A DNA stretch of 64,000 bases from Naegleria gruberi (lineage: Eukaryota), in the NCBI GenBank assembly GCA_000004985.1, contig GG738902.1. One strand, 5' to 3'. The notes below the pieces were generated by a model. It made no database searches, was not told the origin of the DNA, and worked only from the letters and a program-made list of their open reading frames with translations. A program made the translations under genes and the position numbers. Shown here in pieces: positions 42,673 to 53,909 of this stretch; positions within the stretch are counted from its first letter, which is position 1, and every line of letters starts with the position of its first letter.

Positions 42673-43910
42673 TTATCTTTTAATGGGCGGGCGTGTCTGT
42701 AAATCACTGATTGAATAATCCTGGAATATTTTCAACATGCGCTCTCTATTCATCAATTTTGTAGTGTGTGTAATTATTAAATCTCCTCTTTTACAAACGA
42801 ATTCGAATAGATCATCCCCAATATAATCCTCATGAATATAGTGAATGTAAAGAAGAATCTCAGGATACTTTGAAAAAAAGGGTGCAACTTCATAATATTC
42901 ATAACATGTACTCACTGAGACATCATACCGTAAAGTTAATTCCAAATATTTCAATCTTTCGGTTCTAGGAATATAGCGGATACACTTTGGTACAATTGAA
43001 AGAATTTGAGGTAGGAATGTAGCTTGTTCCTTGACAAAGCGAAATGTTGAGGGATCTCTTTTCACACAATTCATTACAATTTCCTGATAATTTTCAATGG
43101 CAGGATCAACATATTGGAGGGTGAGAGGATCCAACTCAAGTGCTGGTATTACAATTTCTGGATTCTTTTTGAAAGCTGCAGTCATAAATTGAAGATTGTG
43201 TGGCAGTTTTCTAATGGCCAATAGAGCCATTTCTAAATCAGATTTGAATTCAAAATAAATGTATCTGAATAAATGTGGATTAATTTCTAGAGCCATCTTG
43301 GTTAATTCTCTATCTTTTCTCAATTCCAATTTGATAAATGAAAAGGAAGCTGGATTTAATCTCATATTAATCAATGATTCTTTTACAATTTGCATATCCT
43401 GAAGAGATTCATCAAATTTTTCAAATGAAACTCCATAATTGAGCATTTCCATCATTAATTCTCTATCATTTCTATAAGAATGATTCGTTGGAAAATGATG
43501 TGCTTCCCTCTTTTTTTATCCAATTTCAGAATTTTCAAAAGATATTCAATCGATGAATCGTGACTCAAGGCATAAATTACAAATTCTCTCATTTTAAACA
43601 ATGATTCATCTAAAAGTTTTGCAATTTTTTGTGGATTTCCTTTTCCACTTTGAATTATTTGCATCATGAGTTCTTTATCTTTTCTAAAAGATTTTGGAAT
43701 TAGCTCAAGACATTCTGGATCAATTTCAAATGCCATTAACATTGATTCTCTTGTTTCTTTCCAATTATCTGGGAAATATGAAAATTTTGGATTGATTTGT
43801 TGTCCACTTTTGGCAGCCATCTTGCCTAATTCAAAATCCTTTTCCAAATTATTGACATTTGGCACATATCCATATTTGCTAGCCACCAATTCAAGAATTT
43901 CTCTATCCAT
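42673..43910 (-). pseudogene. DUF4116-like repeat protein gene. It is read as two ORFs (43455..43910 and 42673..43455) separated by a +1 frameshift at an A7 homopolymer.
   Basis: Both ORFs carry the same helical repeat (…MAFEIDPECLELIPKSFRKDKELMMQII… / …MALEINPHLFRYIYFEFKSDLEMALLAI… / NPEIVIPALELDPLTLQYVDPAIENYQEIVMNCVKRDPSTFRFV). Adding one A to the run at 43511..43517 fuses them into one continuous reading frame of about 410 aa. Confidence 0.55.
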
Positions 43911-44248
43911 ACACCAATTAGACTCTTTAAATAATGAATACAGACAATCAGAATCTCTATTCGAAGAGAGTTTCTAATAGCTATTCTATGTTCGACCACG
44001 ACACTCAAGTATATCTTGAATTTCCATTTTTTTAGAACATTCAATCAATATTTCTTTATCAACACTGCGCAACCAACCAACTCTTTTCAAATACTCCCAA
44101 TAATTTGTTTCCTTTCTCAACTGGAACAAAAGCACGCTACATGATTAACAGATCGAAGTAAAAACTAGTTTGTTCGTTGCTTAGTTGGTTATTTTCACTT
44201 TTGTATTAAGACTAATATTTAATTGAATAGATTTCTTAATGAATGTTA

Positions 44249-44307
44249 GGGGATGTAGCTCACATGGTAGAGCGCTTCTTTAGCATGGAAGAGGTACGGG
44301 GATCGAT
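44249..44307 (+). pseudogene. 3'-truncated tRNA-Ala(AGC) copy, followed by a T6 run.
   Basis: The first 59 nt, GGGGATGTAGCTCACATGGTAGAGCGCTTCTTTAGCATGGAAGAGGTACGGGGATCGAT, are identical or nearly identical to the full gene at 35286..35357. The sequence then jumps directly to CTTTTTTG. The missing segment is ACCCCGCATCTCCA plus the trailer. The T-stem and acceptor 3' strand are absent, so it cannot fold as a tRNA. Confidence 0.7.
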
Positions 44308-44308
44308 C

Positions 44309-44314
44309 TTTTTT
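44309..44314 (+). terminator. Oligo-T run immediately after the truncated tRNA-Ala copy.
   Basis: CTTTTTTG begins one base after the truncation point, so a Pol III transcript of the fragment would terminate here. Confidence 0.4.
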
Positions 44315-44785
44315 GTACGCTTCTATCTTTTTCAATGGAACAAGTTGAAATTACCTTCAATTATTTAAAATAGAATCTTTTTGTAGTATTATTTGAATAA
44401 CATTCTTAGCTAAGAACCATTAGATGACAAAAAACCAAAAACCGCCCAGCAAAACCGTTACACCATTATAAATGGTTTTTCAAAAAAAAACACCATCAAG
44501 AATTTATTCTCACCTGCAATGAAGTAACAACGACACACAGGTGCTAGTTTCAAATCCACATCAAATTACCTGTCTAGATGCCCTTTGCCAATTCTCTTTT
44601 ACCAAGAGCAAAGTGAAAGTCCCCAAAAGATGTTTCCACCATAATACAAAAACAAGTAACACATATTTTCATATATGAATAATATCTATTGCAAGATATT
44701 ATAATCACCATCAAACTATTTGACAAATAAAATTAGCCGGCTGGTTTGCCATCATAATATCCAAGTTGGATTTCAAACAACAAAA

Positions 44786-47700
44786 ATGTCCAAATTGCTT
44801 CTCCTACTATTACTTTCTCTTTTATTTGCAACAACAACAACACGAATAATCAGTGCCTACATCCTGCTACCACAACAATCAGCATCATCTTCACTTTATA
44901 ATAACCAAGATGATAATTCATCATCAACAACTATAATAACATCATCCTCATCATCATCAAATGTATTACTTTCTGCTACAGCAGCAGTGGTGGTGGAGAG
45001 GAATAAAACATTCTATATCAATGAAGCGAATGGCACACAAAGTGGTGATTGTTCCGAGCCTTCAAAAGCCTGCTCCTCCATCCTCTATTTAACTGGTTTG
45101 ATTTCACGATCGACCGATTATTTAACAAACAAGTTTTTAATCTATCTAATAGGAGATTGTATTAAATATGAACCAATAACATTCAGTACCATGACCTTGA
45201 CGAGTACTTTTATATTTCTCTCATACAATGATTCAAATAATACAAATAATAGTAGTGGCAGTACAGTTAATAGAGTGACATTGGCAAATAAGAGATGGTT
45301 AGCTCAATTTTCAAGTATGGGATTTGAAAATTTAATTGTGGACAAGATGGAAATATTTCCAGGAGATGGATTTTCATTTGTGAATTGTCTGGTTAGAGGG
45401 ATGAGTTTGAAGAGAGGATTTACTTGGATGATTGTGAAGAATACAGTGATTGAGGATTCAATTTTTGGAGATGATAGTGTCACGAGTTATATGAGGAATA
45501 AGGACGATAGACCAGTGATTGAAATTACACAGAGTAGAATTGTTCGTTCAAAGATGAATTTAGAATCAATTACTAATGTTATGAACTGTAATTTTACCGA
45601 ATCTAATATGACGATTAGCAATTCAGTATCTTCAACATTGCAGAATATTGCTGTTAACAATTCTAGAATTTTATTAAGAGTTGTCTTTTATATTAATGTG
45701 AATTATTTTGATTGCTCCAATAGTAGTTCATCATTTGCAATTGATGGAGCCAATGAGGTTAAAATTGTGAGGTTCAATTTTGAGAATTGTAATAATTATG
45801 GAGAAAGTACTCTCTTCTCTACTGTTAGGACTTTAAATATTGATCACATGAATTATATTAGAAATAAGGGTGCACTTACGTTTTTAGGAGTTTACCAAAC
45901 TAATATGGGATCATCTAATTTTATTGAGAATAGAAATGGTGCCATTCAAGTGGAAAATCATGGCGACTCACCAACATATTTTGTCGTGCAAGGTTCCAAG
46001 TTTTTGAGAAATAGCAGATTATCAAATGGTGGAGCTATTTATATGGATTCAGCTTTATCAAATTTCCATACCTATTCTAGTGTATTTGAAGATAATATGG
46101 CATTGAATGGAGGTGCTGTATATGTATTAGCATCCATTAGAAATACCTATACCAATACTGTTTTTAACAGAAATAAGGTTACAGACTGTGCTAAATGCGG
46201 TAATGGTGGAGCTCTTTATTCCAACACAAACTCTCTAGAGTGGAGATCCTCCAATTTTACAAATAATGTAGCCATTAAGGGAGGAGCTGTTTTTATTGAT
46301 AGAGTACCATCTATTACCTTTGAAACTCAGGATATTGTGTTTCAAAATAATGAAGCTCAATTTGGATCAGACTTTTTCTTTGAAAAGTATGAAGTTGACA
46401 AGTTCCCTGTTGATAAATATGCAAACTCTACTGCCAGCTCAATTATGAAGAGTTTCAAAGTACTCATGAATAATATTGAGATAGACTCAGGAAAGAACTT
46501 TGATGTCTATCCAGGTGAAACGATACAATTACAATATTCCTTTGAAGACATATTTGGAAATAGAATTGAATCTTCTCATAATCAACCTGTCATATCCTCT
46601 GATGCAAATATTACTCTATACACAGTTTTTACCTCAAATACGGACTTTAAGTTGCTCTTTGATTTGAATAATAAGGGAGAGATATCTACAACTGTTGAAT
46701 TGGTCATTGCCTATTCAGAATTTACTGTAATTAGTGAATTGCATCTCACCATTGCTCCATGTCCACAGTATCATCGTTTACAACAGGTCAATTTTAATGG
46801 ATACAAATGTGTCAAGCAAGATGTATTGCTTATTATCATTTCCTCTGTACTTTCATTTATTTCCCTGCTTATAATAATACCATTCATTTCATTCATTCTT
46901 TACAGGTTTGCACTCAAAAAGTTGTTTATATTCTACAAGAGAGAACGAGAGGAGAGAAGAATTGAAAAGCAATTGAAAGATTACCTCTTTAGAAATATTA
47001 ATGCCAATGATGAGAAACAAGGTCTCCTCAAATCTTTGACACATTCTAATATGATAATTCCAATCAGTGACATTCAAATTGTTTCCAAAATAGGAGAAGG
47101 ATCGAATGGTGTAGTATATTTGGGGCGATGGAAACAAACTGACGTTGCCCTCAAAAGTATCAAACATGATTCTACCGATATTGATATTGAAAATCAATTA
47201 GAAGAATTTGAACATGAAGCTTCCTTATTAGCAAGCTTACGTCATCCCAATGTCATTTCATTTTATGGTATTAGTTTCGGTCTCAATGTACAATACATGG
47301 TAGTTGAATATTCAGTTAATGGAAGTTTGGACAAGGCAATTCATCAATCCAAGATTAAGAAGAAGGTTCTCAGTTTTAGAGATAAGATTAATATTGTTCT
47401 TGGAATTTCAAAAGGTTTAAATTACTTGCATTCATTGAGACCACAAATGATTGTTCACAGGTATGTATTTGAATAGTCTTATTGAGATTAATACTGAAAT
47501 TATCAAATAATTTTAGAGATTTGAAACCTGGAAATATTCTATTGGATAGTAATTTTGAGCCAAAGGTAACAGATTTTGGAATGAGTCGATTTATTGGAAC
47601 TGAAAATTCATCCATGACCATGAATGTTGGTACATTACGATATTGTGCACCTGAGATATTCAACAATGACAAACACGATGCCAATCACATGGTCGATGTC

Positions 47701-48096
47701 TACTCATTCTCAATGATTATGTATGAATTATTATTTGAGGATGCTCCCTTCTCTGAAAATACTAAAAAGATGAAGAATAGAAGTTCAGGAATCTCTACAT
47801 CTGACTCCTCATCCGTAACAAGTGGAAGTGGTTCAAATAATATTAATGAAATGTACAGTATTCCAGTTCGAGTAGTGAGAGGAGAACGCCCAAGCATTCC
47901 CTTCTCGAATGAAAATGAATTGGAAATGTGGGCTGATGAGTTTATTACTGATAATGCCTCTCTAAACTACAAAGTACAAGCTCTTGAACAATATATTGAA
48001 TTGATGAAACAGTGTTGGGCTCAAGCTCCAAATCAAAGACCATCCTTTGGTCAAATTTCGGAAACCCTTTTGAATATTAGCATTTCTTTCAGATAA
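44786..48096 (+). CDS. Receptor-like protein kinase with a signal peptide, a parallel beta-helix (PbH1-type) ectodomain, one TM and a TKL/Ser-Thr-type kinase domain. Two exons: 44786..47460 and 47517..48096.
   Basis: Signal peptide MSKLLLLLLLSLLFATTTT. Repeated NGGAIY, NGGAVYV, GNGGALYS and KGGAVFI motifs. The TM is VLLIIISSVLSFISLLIIIPFISFIL. Kinase motifs are GEGSNGVVYLGRW...VALKSIK, HPNVISFYG, and HR|DLKPGNILL with DFGMSRF and YCAPE. The intron is GTATGT...TTTTAG and its phase is consistent. Confidence 0.8.
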
Positions 48097-48428
48097 GCCA
48101 GCTACATGCCAACACAATCTCTCAATGATACAATCAAGCAAATTTTCTTCATAATTTATTGTAAATTATTGTAATCATTAAATTGTTTAGCACTGAGAAT
48201 CTTGTGGATACTTGGGAACGGTTTTCATGTTCCAAAACGAGACGCAAATAACAAAAACGCGAAAAAAAATAATTAGCGAAATTTGGGCGCGGATTTACTT
48301 TTCTTCAGCAAATTTCATCATCAGCACAAAGCAGCAAGCTTATCATCACCATCATCACGGAATAATTATCTTTTCTATTTATTTATTAATCTTCAATATC
48401 TAGATTTTATCTATTTGGAGAGAAGAGA

Positions 48429-49496
48429 ATGAACATTAGAATTCTTGTAACTACTTTAATATCATGTTTAGTAATCTTTCAAGCCACAATTTTATCGGTT
48501 GAGGCTTGTTCTTTCTTGTTGAAGGGAGAACAACAATGTACTCATTGGTCCTATCAGAAAGCTGCTATATGGCAACAGGAATGTCCATTCTCATCATGTG
48601 GAGGAAGATCACAATCACCCATTTCTATTTCACTCTATCAAACGACACTCTATGAGACCTATTTCATGAATGCCAAGGCACAGAGTTTGATCATGTATGA
48701 TTTCTCTACGGATGATAAGAGATTGATTGTGTTTAGGGGAATTGATAACTTTTTTCAACAATTTAGCTTTTCTGTCATTAATAATAATCATACTATTGTG
48801 ATGGAGAGTGTGAATGAGGAGTCAATTTCGATTGAGAGATCATTTTGGATTAGAAATAATACTTGGCAAACGTTTAATTCGATAACAGTGCCATATTATT
48901 TGAAACAATTTCACTTACATTCACCTTCTGAACATTTGGTCAATTCTGAGAGTTTTGATTTGGAGTTACATTTGGTTTTCCAAAGAAATGATCTTCCTTC
49001 AAATACAAGTGAAGCTCTAGTTCCAAAACTTGCTGTTGTTGGAATATTGTACAAGGTTCTTTTGGGAGCTATTGATAATCCACTTGTTGACATTGTCATT
49101 CAAAATGTTTTACAGAAACCAAGAGTTATTGGAAAGCCAATTCCAACCACTGTTACAGGAGGATTATTATTCGACCTAGTTACTGCACGTCAACAATTTG
49201 ATCCACTTTATTCATACTTTGTTTACAATGGAAGTTTAACAACTCCAAATTGTAATGAAAATGTCATGTGGAATTTGATTAATCCAAACATTATGAGTGG
49301 TGGTTATCATTACATTTCCTCCAGACAATTAACAACATTACAACAACTCATGAATCAAAATAAGCCACACATTGCAGAAGGTGCCAACTTGGGAAAAGTT
49401 CAAATTAACACTGGCTCTGCCTATATTGGAAATAATAGACCTTTACAACCTCTGAATGGTAGAACCATCATTAATATTGTAAAGAAATTACTGTAA
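48429..49496 (+). CDS. Alpha-carbonic anhydrase, secreted.
   Basis: Signal peptide MNIRILVTTLISCLVIFQATILSVEA. HWSY...GP..W...C.GGRSQSPISI matches the alpha-CA N-terminal signature. QFHLHSPSEH and ELHLVF provide the three zinc His positions. SLTTPNC matches SLTTPPC. Confidence 0.7.
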   Translation: MNIRILVTTLISCLVIFQATILSVEACSFLLKGEQQCTHWSYQKAAIWQQECPFSSCGGRSQSPISISLYQTTLYETYFMNAKAQSLIMYDFSTDDKRLIVFRGIDNFFQQFSFSVINNNHTIVMESVNEESISIERSFWIRNNTWQTFNSITVPYYLKQFHLHSPSEHLVNSESFDLELHLVFQRNDLPSNTSEALVPKLAVVGILYKVLLGAIDNPLVDIVIQNVLQKPRVIGKPIPTTVTGGLLFDLVTARQQFDPLYSYFVYNGSLTTPNCNENVMWNLINPNIMSGGYHYISSRQLTTLQQLMNQNKPHIAEGANLGKVQINTGSAYIGNNRPLQPLNGRTIINIVKKLL

Positions 49497-49768
49497 ATAA
49501 TTGTACAAAATAAAGATATAATTCCTATGAACAACCTCCTAAATAGAAAGATAAATTGAACATTCAATTTATTATTAATTGTAAAAATAGATCAAGAACC
49601 ACAATATGAAATTCTAGTACATAAAATATCGATTCAAACTCTGTGTGAATTCCATTCATGAATGAGGCATGTAGTGTAATTCTAACATCACGATCAGCTC
49701 ATTTATCTGAAGTGTTGGTGGCGTAACTCCACCCATGCCTTTTTATCTTTCGAATTCTTTTAAAAAAA

Positions 49769-50905
49769 ATGAACGATTTCAACAAGGTACTGACAGTTGT
49801 TTTCATATTGAATTGGTTACTTTTTATTGCATTTTGGAGGAGTTATGCCCCTAATCCACAAGAAAGTTATAACTTGGGTGTTGCCGATAATGAGGGGGTT
49901 GAAGTACCATCTGCACCATTTTATGCCAAAACTGAAGTAATTAGTCCAGAGAAAGTGGACGAAAGAAAAGAAAGTTCTGTAATTGTGAAAGGAGCTTCGG
50001 GATACAAGTGTATTTTGCCACCAACCGAAACTAACAAGCAATTTTTCGCTGTTGGTGAGAATTATTATAGTGGCAGTTCGGAAATGTTGAAATTTATTTG
50101 TGAATATTTAAAGAGACGAAACTTGGTGCAAGAAATTATTCCAAAATCAAGAAAGATGATGAAGAGATTAATATACGAAACTCATTTGATGGAAATGGTG
50201 GGATTGAGAGATGCAGTGATGAAAAGATATGCCAATTCCTTGATTGATAATCAGATATATTTTGGTGGACCACAAATCAAGAAAAATAGACGATTTGTTA
50301 TTCGAATCGGATTAATTCGAAAGGCAATTATCGAATATTGCAAAAGAAAACCGCCTTCTTTCATCAACAATTTGGATACACCACTCAGGGCTGCCTTATT
50401 TAATATTCGAAATGAATTAAGAGGGGATGCACTTTTTCTATTTATCAATTTACACGATCAACAGATATTGAGAGAAATTTCTAGAGAAATTGTTTCGAAT
50501 CTGCCACAATATCTTTCTAATATTGGAAATTCTTCAGATCTTTCAAAAATGATGAAGGAGAAATTAGCAGAAACAGTTTACAAAATGTTACAACGATATG
50601 GAAACAAAGAAATTAGTACTACAATCTCTCTTGAACTGGTAGCCTCAGTATTATCAGAAAACAAAAAACTTTTCAATAACTATGAAAATTGTTTCACCAA
50701 TCATTCAACCAGACCAATGCTTGGATGTTTTGGATTTATCAAGAACATGCCAAAACCACTTTACAATGCAATGATTAAGAAATTATTTGAGAGAAGTGGT
50801 GAAATCCGGATCCTTTGCCACAATCACCAAATAAGTGCAAACGCGAAAGAAAAGTTTGAAAAAATGTTTTCATTAAGATTGGATCGATTTCTGAAGAAAT
50901 TGTAA
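49769..50905 (+). CDS. Hypothetical membrane-anchored protein of 378 aa.
   Basis: ATG in A8 context. The N-terminal TM is LTVVFILNWLLFIAFW. No recognisable domain. Confidence 0.45.
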   Translation: MNDFNKVLTVVFILNWLLFIAFWRSYAPNPQESYNLGVADNEGVEVPSAPFYAKTEVISPEKVDERKESSVIVKGASGYKCILPPTETNKQFFAVGENYYSGSSEMLKFICEYLKRRNLVQEIIPKSRKMMKRLIYETHLMEMVGLRDAVMKRYANSLIDNQIYFGGPQIKKNRRFVIRIGLIRKAIIEYCKRKPPSFINNLDTPLRAALFNIRNELRGDALFLFINLHDQQILREISREIVSNLPQYLSNIGNSSDLSKMMKEKLAETVYKMLQRYGNKEISTTISLELVASVLSENKKLFNNYENCFTNHSTRPMLGCFGFIKNMPKPLYNAMIKKLFERSGEIRILCHNHQISANAKEKFEKMFSLRLDRFLKKL

Positions 50906-51133
50906 ACTAAAGTTTTTTTAAACTATTCACAATAAAACTGATTCAATTGTAGCATTTGAACCAAATACAAGTAAAATGTTAGCTAACATTTGATAAGGTA
51001 GGTTCAATTGACTTTGAAACATTTGACAGTGCTTCCTTTTCGAATATCAAACAAGCAAATTATTATCAAATCACAGAACTTCACAATATAGAGGATTTTG
51101 CTGTTAATAATCAAAATTTGTATTGTACAATGG

Positions 51134-51970
51134 TTATTGAACAAATGGTTCAAAACCAAACTGAGTCATTCCCTTGTGCATAATATTTAATTCTATTGTC
51201 ACCTCTCCTCCAACACTTTCAGTCCTGGTTACCTCTCTTCCTTCACCTTTACAAACCATTGTCGAGTCGAAATATTCTGGGGCCACTCCCTTTACGGAAC
51301 CAATCCATTTCTGTATTAAGGATGTACTTTGAGGTTTAAACAGTTTAACTTTCAGACTGTGTTTTCCAGCTCCGATTGGTACTTGACACCATCCATATCC
51401 GATAATCTTTTGCTTTCCAGTTCCTTCTTGAACAACAAGACACAACTTTGGCCATCCATAAGGATTTGTACTTCTAAAACAAATCTCCAGAGGGAAATTC
51501 CAAATATACTTTGAGTTGAATCCTCTTGGCCTCATTGCAACCTGTGTCACACCACTTTCCAAGCTTACTCCTTCTCCAGTTGTTCTTGCAATTTCCCAAT
51601 CTTGCCCATAAACAAATTGAAAACTACACGAAATATTCATATTGCCAGGAAATTCTGCATGACTTATTACACCATTCACAATCACATAAAACGATGAAGT
51701 GGCATTATTATTTTGAACTGATGTATAATTATTATTCATGGTTGTATTATTGAGGGTGATATTTGTTGTATTCAAATTGATGCTATTCATCGGATCAAGA
51801 TTATTTACACTTGTTGATAAAATACTACTCGCTGAGGTTTCTATAATGTTGTTTGCTGCTTCAATATTTTCCGATATTATTGGCTGTTTATTTGGTCTGC
51901 CGAGCATACCTGCCGTACTTGGTCGTGAACTAACACCTGCTGGCTTTGAGCTTGATGGTCTATTGAGCAT
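51134..51970 (-). CDS. B9-domain protein (ciliary transition-zone MKS1/B9D1/B9D2 family).
   Basis: The C-terminal 170 aa include FYVIVNGVISHAEFPG...GWPKLCLVVQEGTGKQKIIGYGWCQVPIGAGKHSLKVKLFKP. This matches the B9 pattern P.l...V...D..gr....GYg...lP...G.h...v..w.P. The N-terminal 100 aa are S/N-rich. Confidence 0.7.
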   Translation of the reverse strand: MLNRPSSSKPAGVSSRPSTAGMLGRPNKQPIISENIEAANNIIETSASSILSTSVNNLDPMNSINLNTTNITLNNTTMNNNYTSVQNNNATSSFYVIVNGVISHAEFPGNMNISCSFQFVYGQDWEIARTTGEGVSLESGVTQVAMRPRGFNSKYIWNFPLEICFRSTNPYGWPKLCLVVQEGTGKQKIIGYGWCQVPIGAGKHSLKVKLFKPQSTSLIQKWIGSVKGVAPEYFDSTMVCKGEGREVTRTESVGGEVTIELNIMHKGMTQFGFEPFVQ

Positions 51971-52392
51971 TTTTTTTAAGGAATTGTTTGGATTTTGTGT
52001 AGATTTTTGGCGGGAAAGTCTAATAATACAACACTCCTCAAACGTTCTCAGATTCTAGTTTGAAGTAAATGGTTATACCTGTTTGTTTTACAGTCAGAAG
52101 ATTGGATTGTTTGAGAATAGTTGGGAAACATTGGATTCCATCTGCTGTGAAAGATTCTATAAAAGAAATTAAAGTATATCTTTCAAAAGACGAAGTAACT
52201 ATTTTAAGGGAAGGCGAGGTTTACCATTTGTCTAAATAATTATGACAAAGAATGTACGTTGGTTCATATGTACTAAAATGAGCATGCTTTGTGTTTTGAA
52301 AATTAGAACCAATTCCATCCAGTAAATAACAAGTTTGAAACTAAACATTGCAAACAGAGAAAAACAGTAAGGTTAATCCAAATCAAAAAAAA

Positions 52393-53763
52393 ATGTCCGA
52401 AAAACAACCTTCATCAAACTCTTCAAACAACAATAACACAAAGCATGATAGTAATAATAGTAATAATAATAACGACAATGGAATGACCAATAAGATTGGA
52501 CATAAACAATTCATCTTGGAAAAACCCATCGATACAATATTTACAACAAGTAATTCTTCATCAAGAAGTTTCATAACACCACTAACACCAGAACAACAGG
52601 AAAGGTTGAAAATGATCGATCCAAAGCAGGCTATGATGTTGTATTTTGTTACAAGTACATTCTTTTCACGTCTGTTTGCTCATCCATTGGACAGAATTTC
52701 AACCATTCTCCGAACACAACATGTTCTTCCAAATGCGTATGGTACAAGCTTTTATACAAATTTGCCAACAGCAGTATCTTCATCATTGGTACAACCACAG
52801 CAACAGGCTCCTTTTAGAGGTGCCATTGATGCTTTGAAAAAACTTCCAAAGGATAGAACATTGTGGAGAGGATTGGCTCCCGATGTTTATGGGTAGGTTC
52901 CATATAAACTATGGATTTTAATATTTGGATTAACATTTGGAAATTGGATTTTTATTAATCTGGAAATTTATTATTATGGATTTTTTAATATTTAATTAAA
53001 TCAATTTGGATTTATTAATATTTCGGAAAGTCGCTTATGTGCAAAAGTAGTGGAATTACAATTTGCAGATGAAATTAACAACTTTATTCAACCTTGGATG
53101 GGAACTCTTGTAGAACAAGATCCAAACGATCCAAGAAAGAAACTTTTAAATACAAAGGTGTTGGCTACCTCTGTAATATCTGGTGCTGTTGCATCCTTCC
53201 TTATTTCTTATCCATTCAGTGTTGTTTCAACAAGAATGCAATCCAATTTAATTCCACTCCATGAAGTGAAATATAATATGGATTGGCAAATGGTGAACAA
53301 GACCAACTTTTCCAATGTATGGCAATCATTTAAATCAATCTATCAATTTGAAGGAATAAGAGGATTCTATACTGGTTTATCAGCTGCTGTATCTGGTCTT
53401 GCTGTTTATAGAGGCATCTATTTTGCCTTATTCGATTCATTGAGACGATTGGGAATGAGTGACAATTATTCATTGAGTGAGAAATTCTTATATAGTCAAG
53501 GTTGTATATTCACTGCTGGTCTCAGTGCTTATCCTTTCCGTCTCATTGGTGATCGATTGAAAGCTCAAGCTGTCTTTAGAAAATTATACACGGAGGAGGA
53601 AACTCAGCTATTCTATAGAGGAACTTTGGATGCCATGAAAAAGATTTACCAACAAGAGGGAATTAGAGGATATTACAGAGGATTTGTTTTTTCATTGGGC
53701 ACAAGTTATGCAGGTGCCATCTTACTAAGCATGTTTGTTGCCCTTGGATCGAGACAATTTTAA
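52393..53763 (+). CDS. Mitochondrial carrier family protein in two exons: 52393..52892 and 53031..53763.
   Basis: Three P.[DE]..[KR] carrier signatures are present: HPLDRISTILRTQ, YPFSVVSTRMQS and YPFRLIGDRLKAQ. Exon 1 ends ...RGLAPDVYG (phase 2), followed by a GTAGGT donor. The acceptor GGAAAG at 53030 restores the frame, giving ...VYGRLCAKVVELQFADEINNF. The intron is 138 nt. Confidence 0.65.
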
Positions 53764-53909
53764 CTGTCACCCTTTAGCAAATGTTCCACAAGATCAGTAG
53801 ATAAATAATAATTAATTGTACAAAACAAATTTCATGAATGGATCAACAACAATAACAGTACTGATTAAAATAGTATTAAGGTTAGCAAAAATTTTATTGA
53901 GGGAATAAC

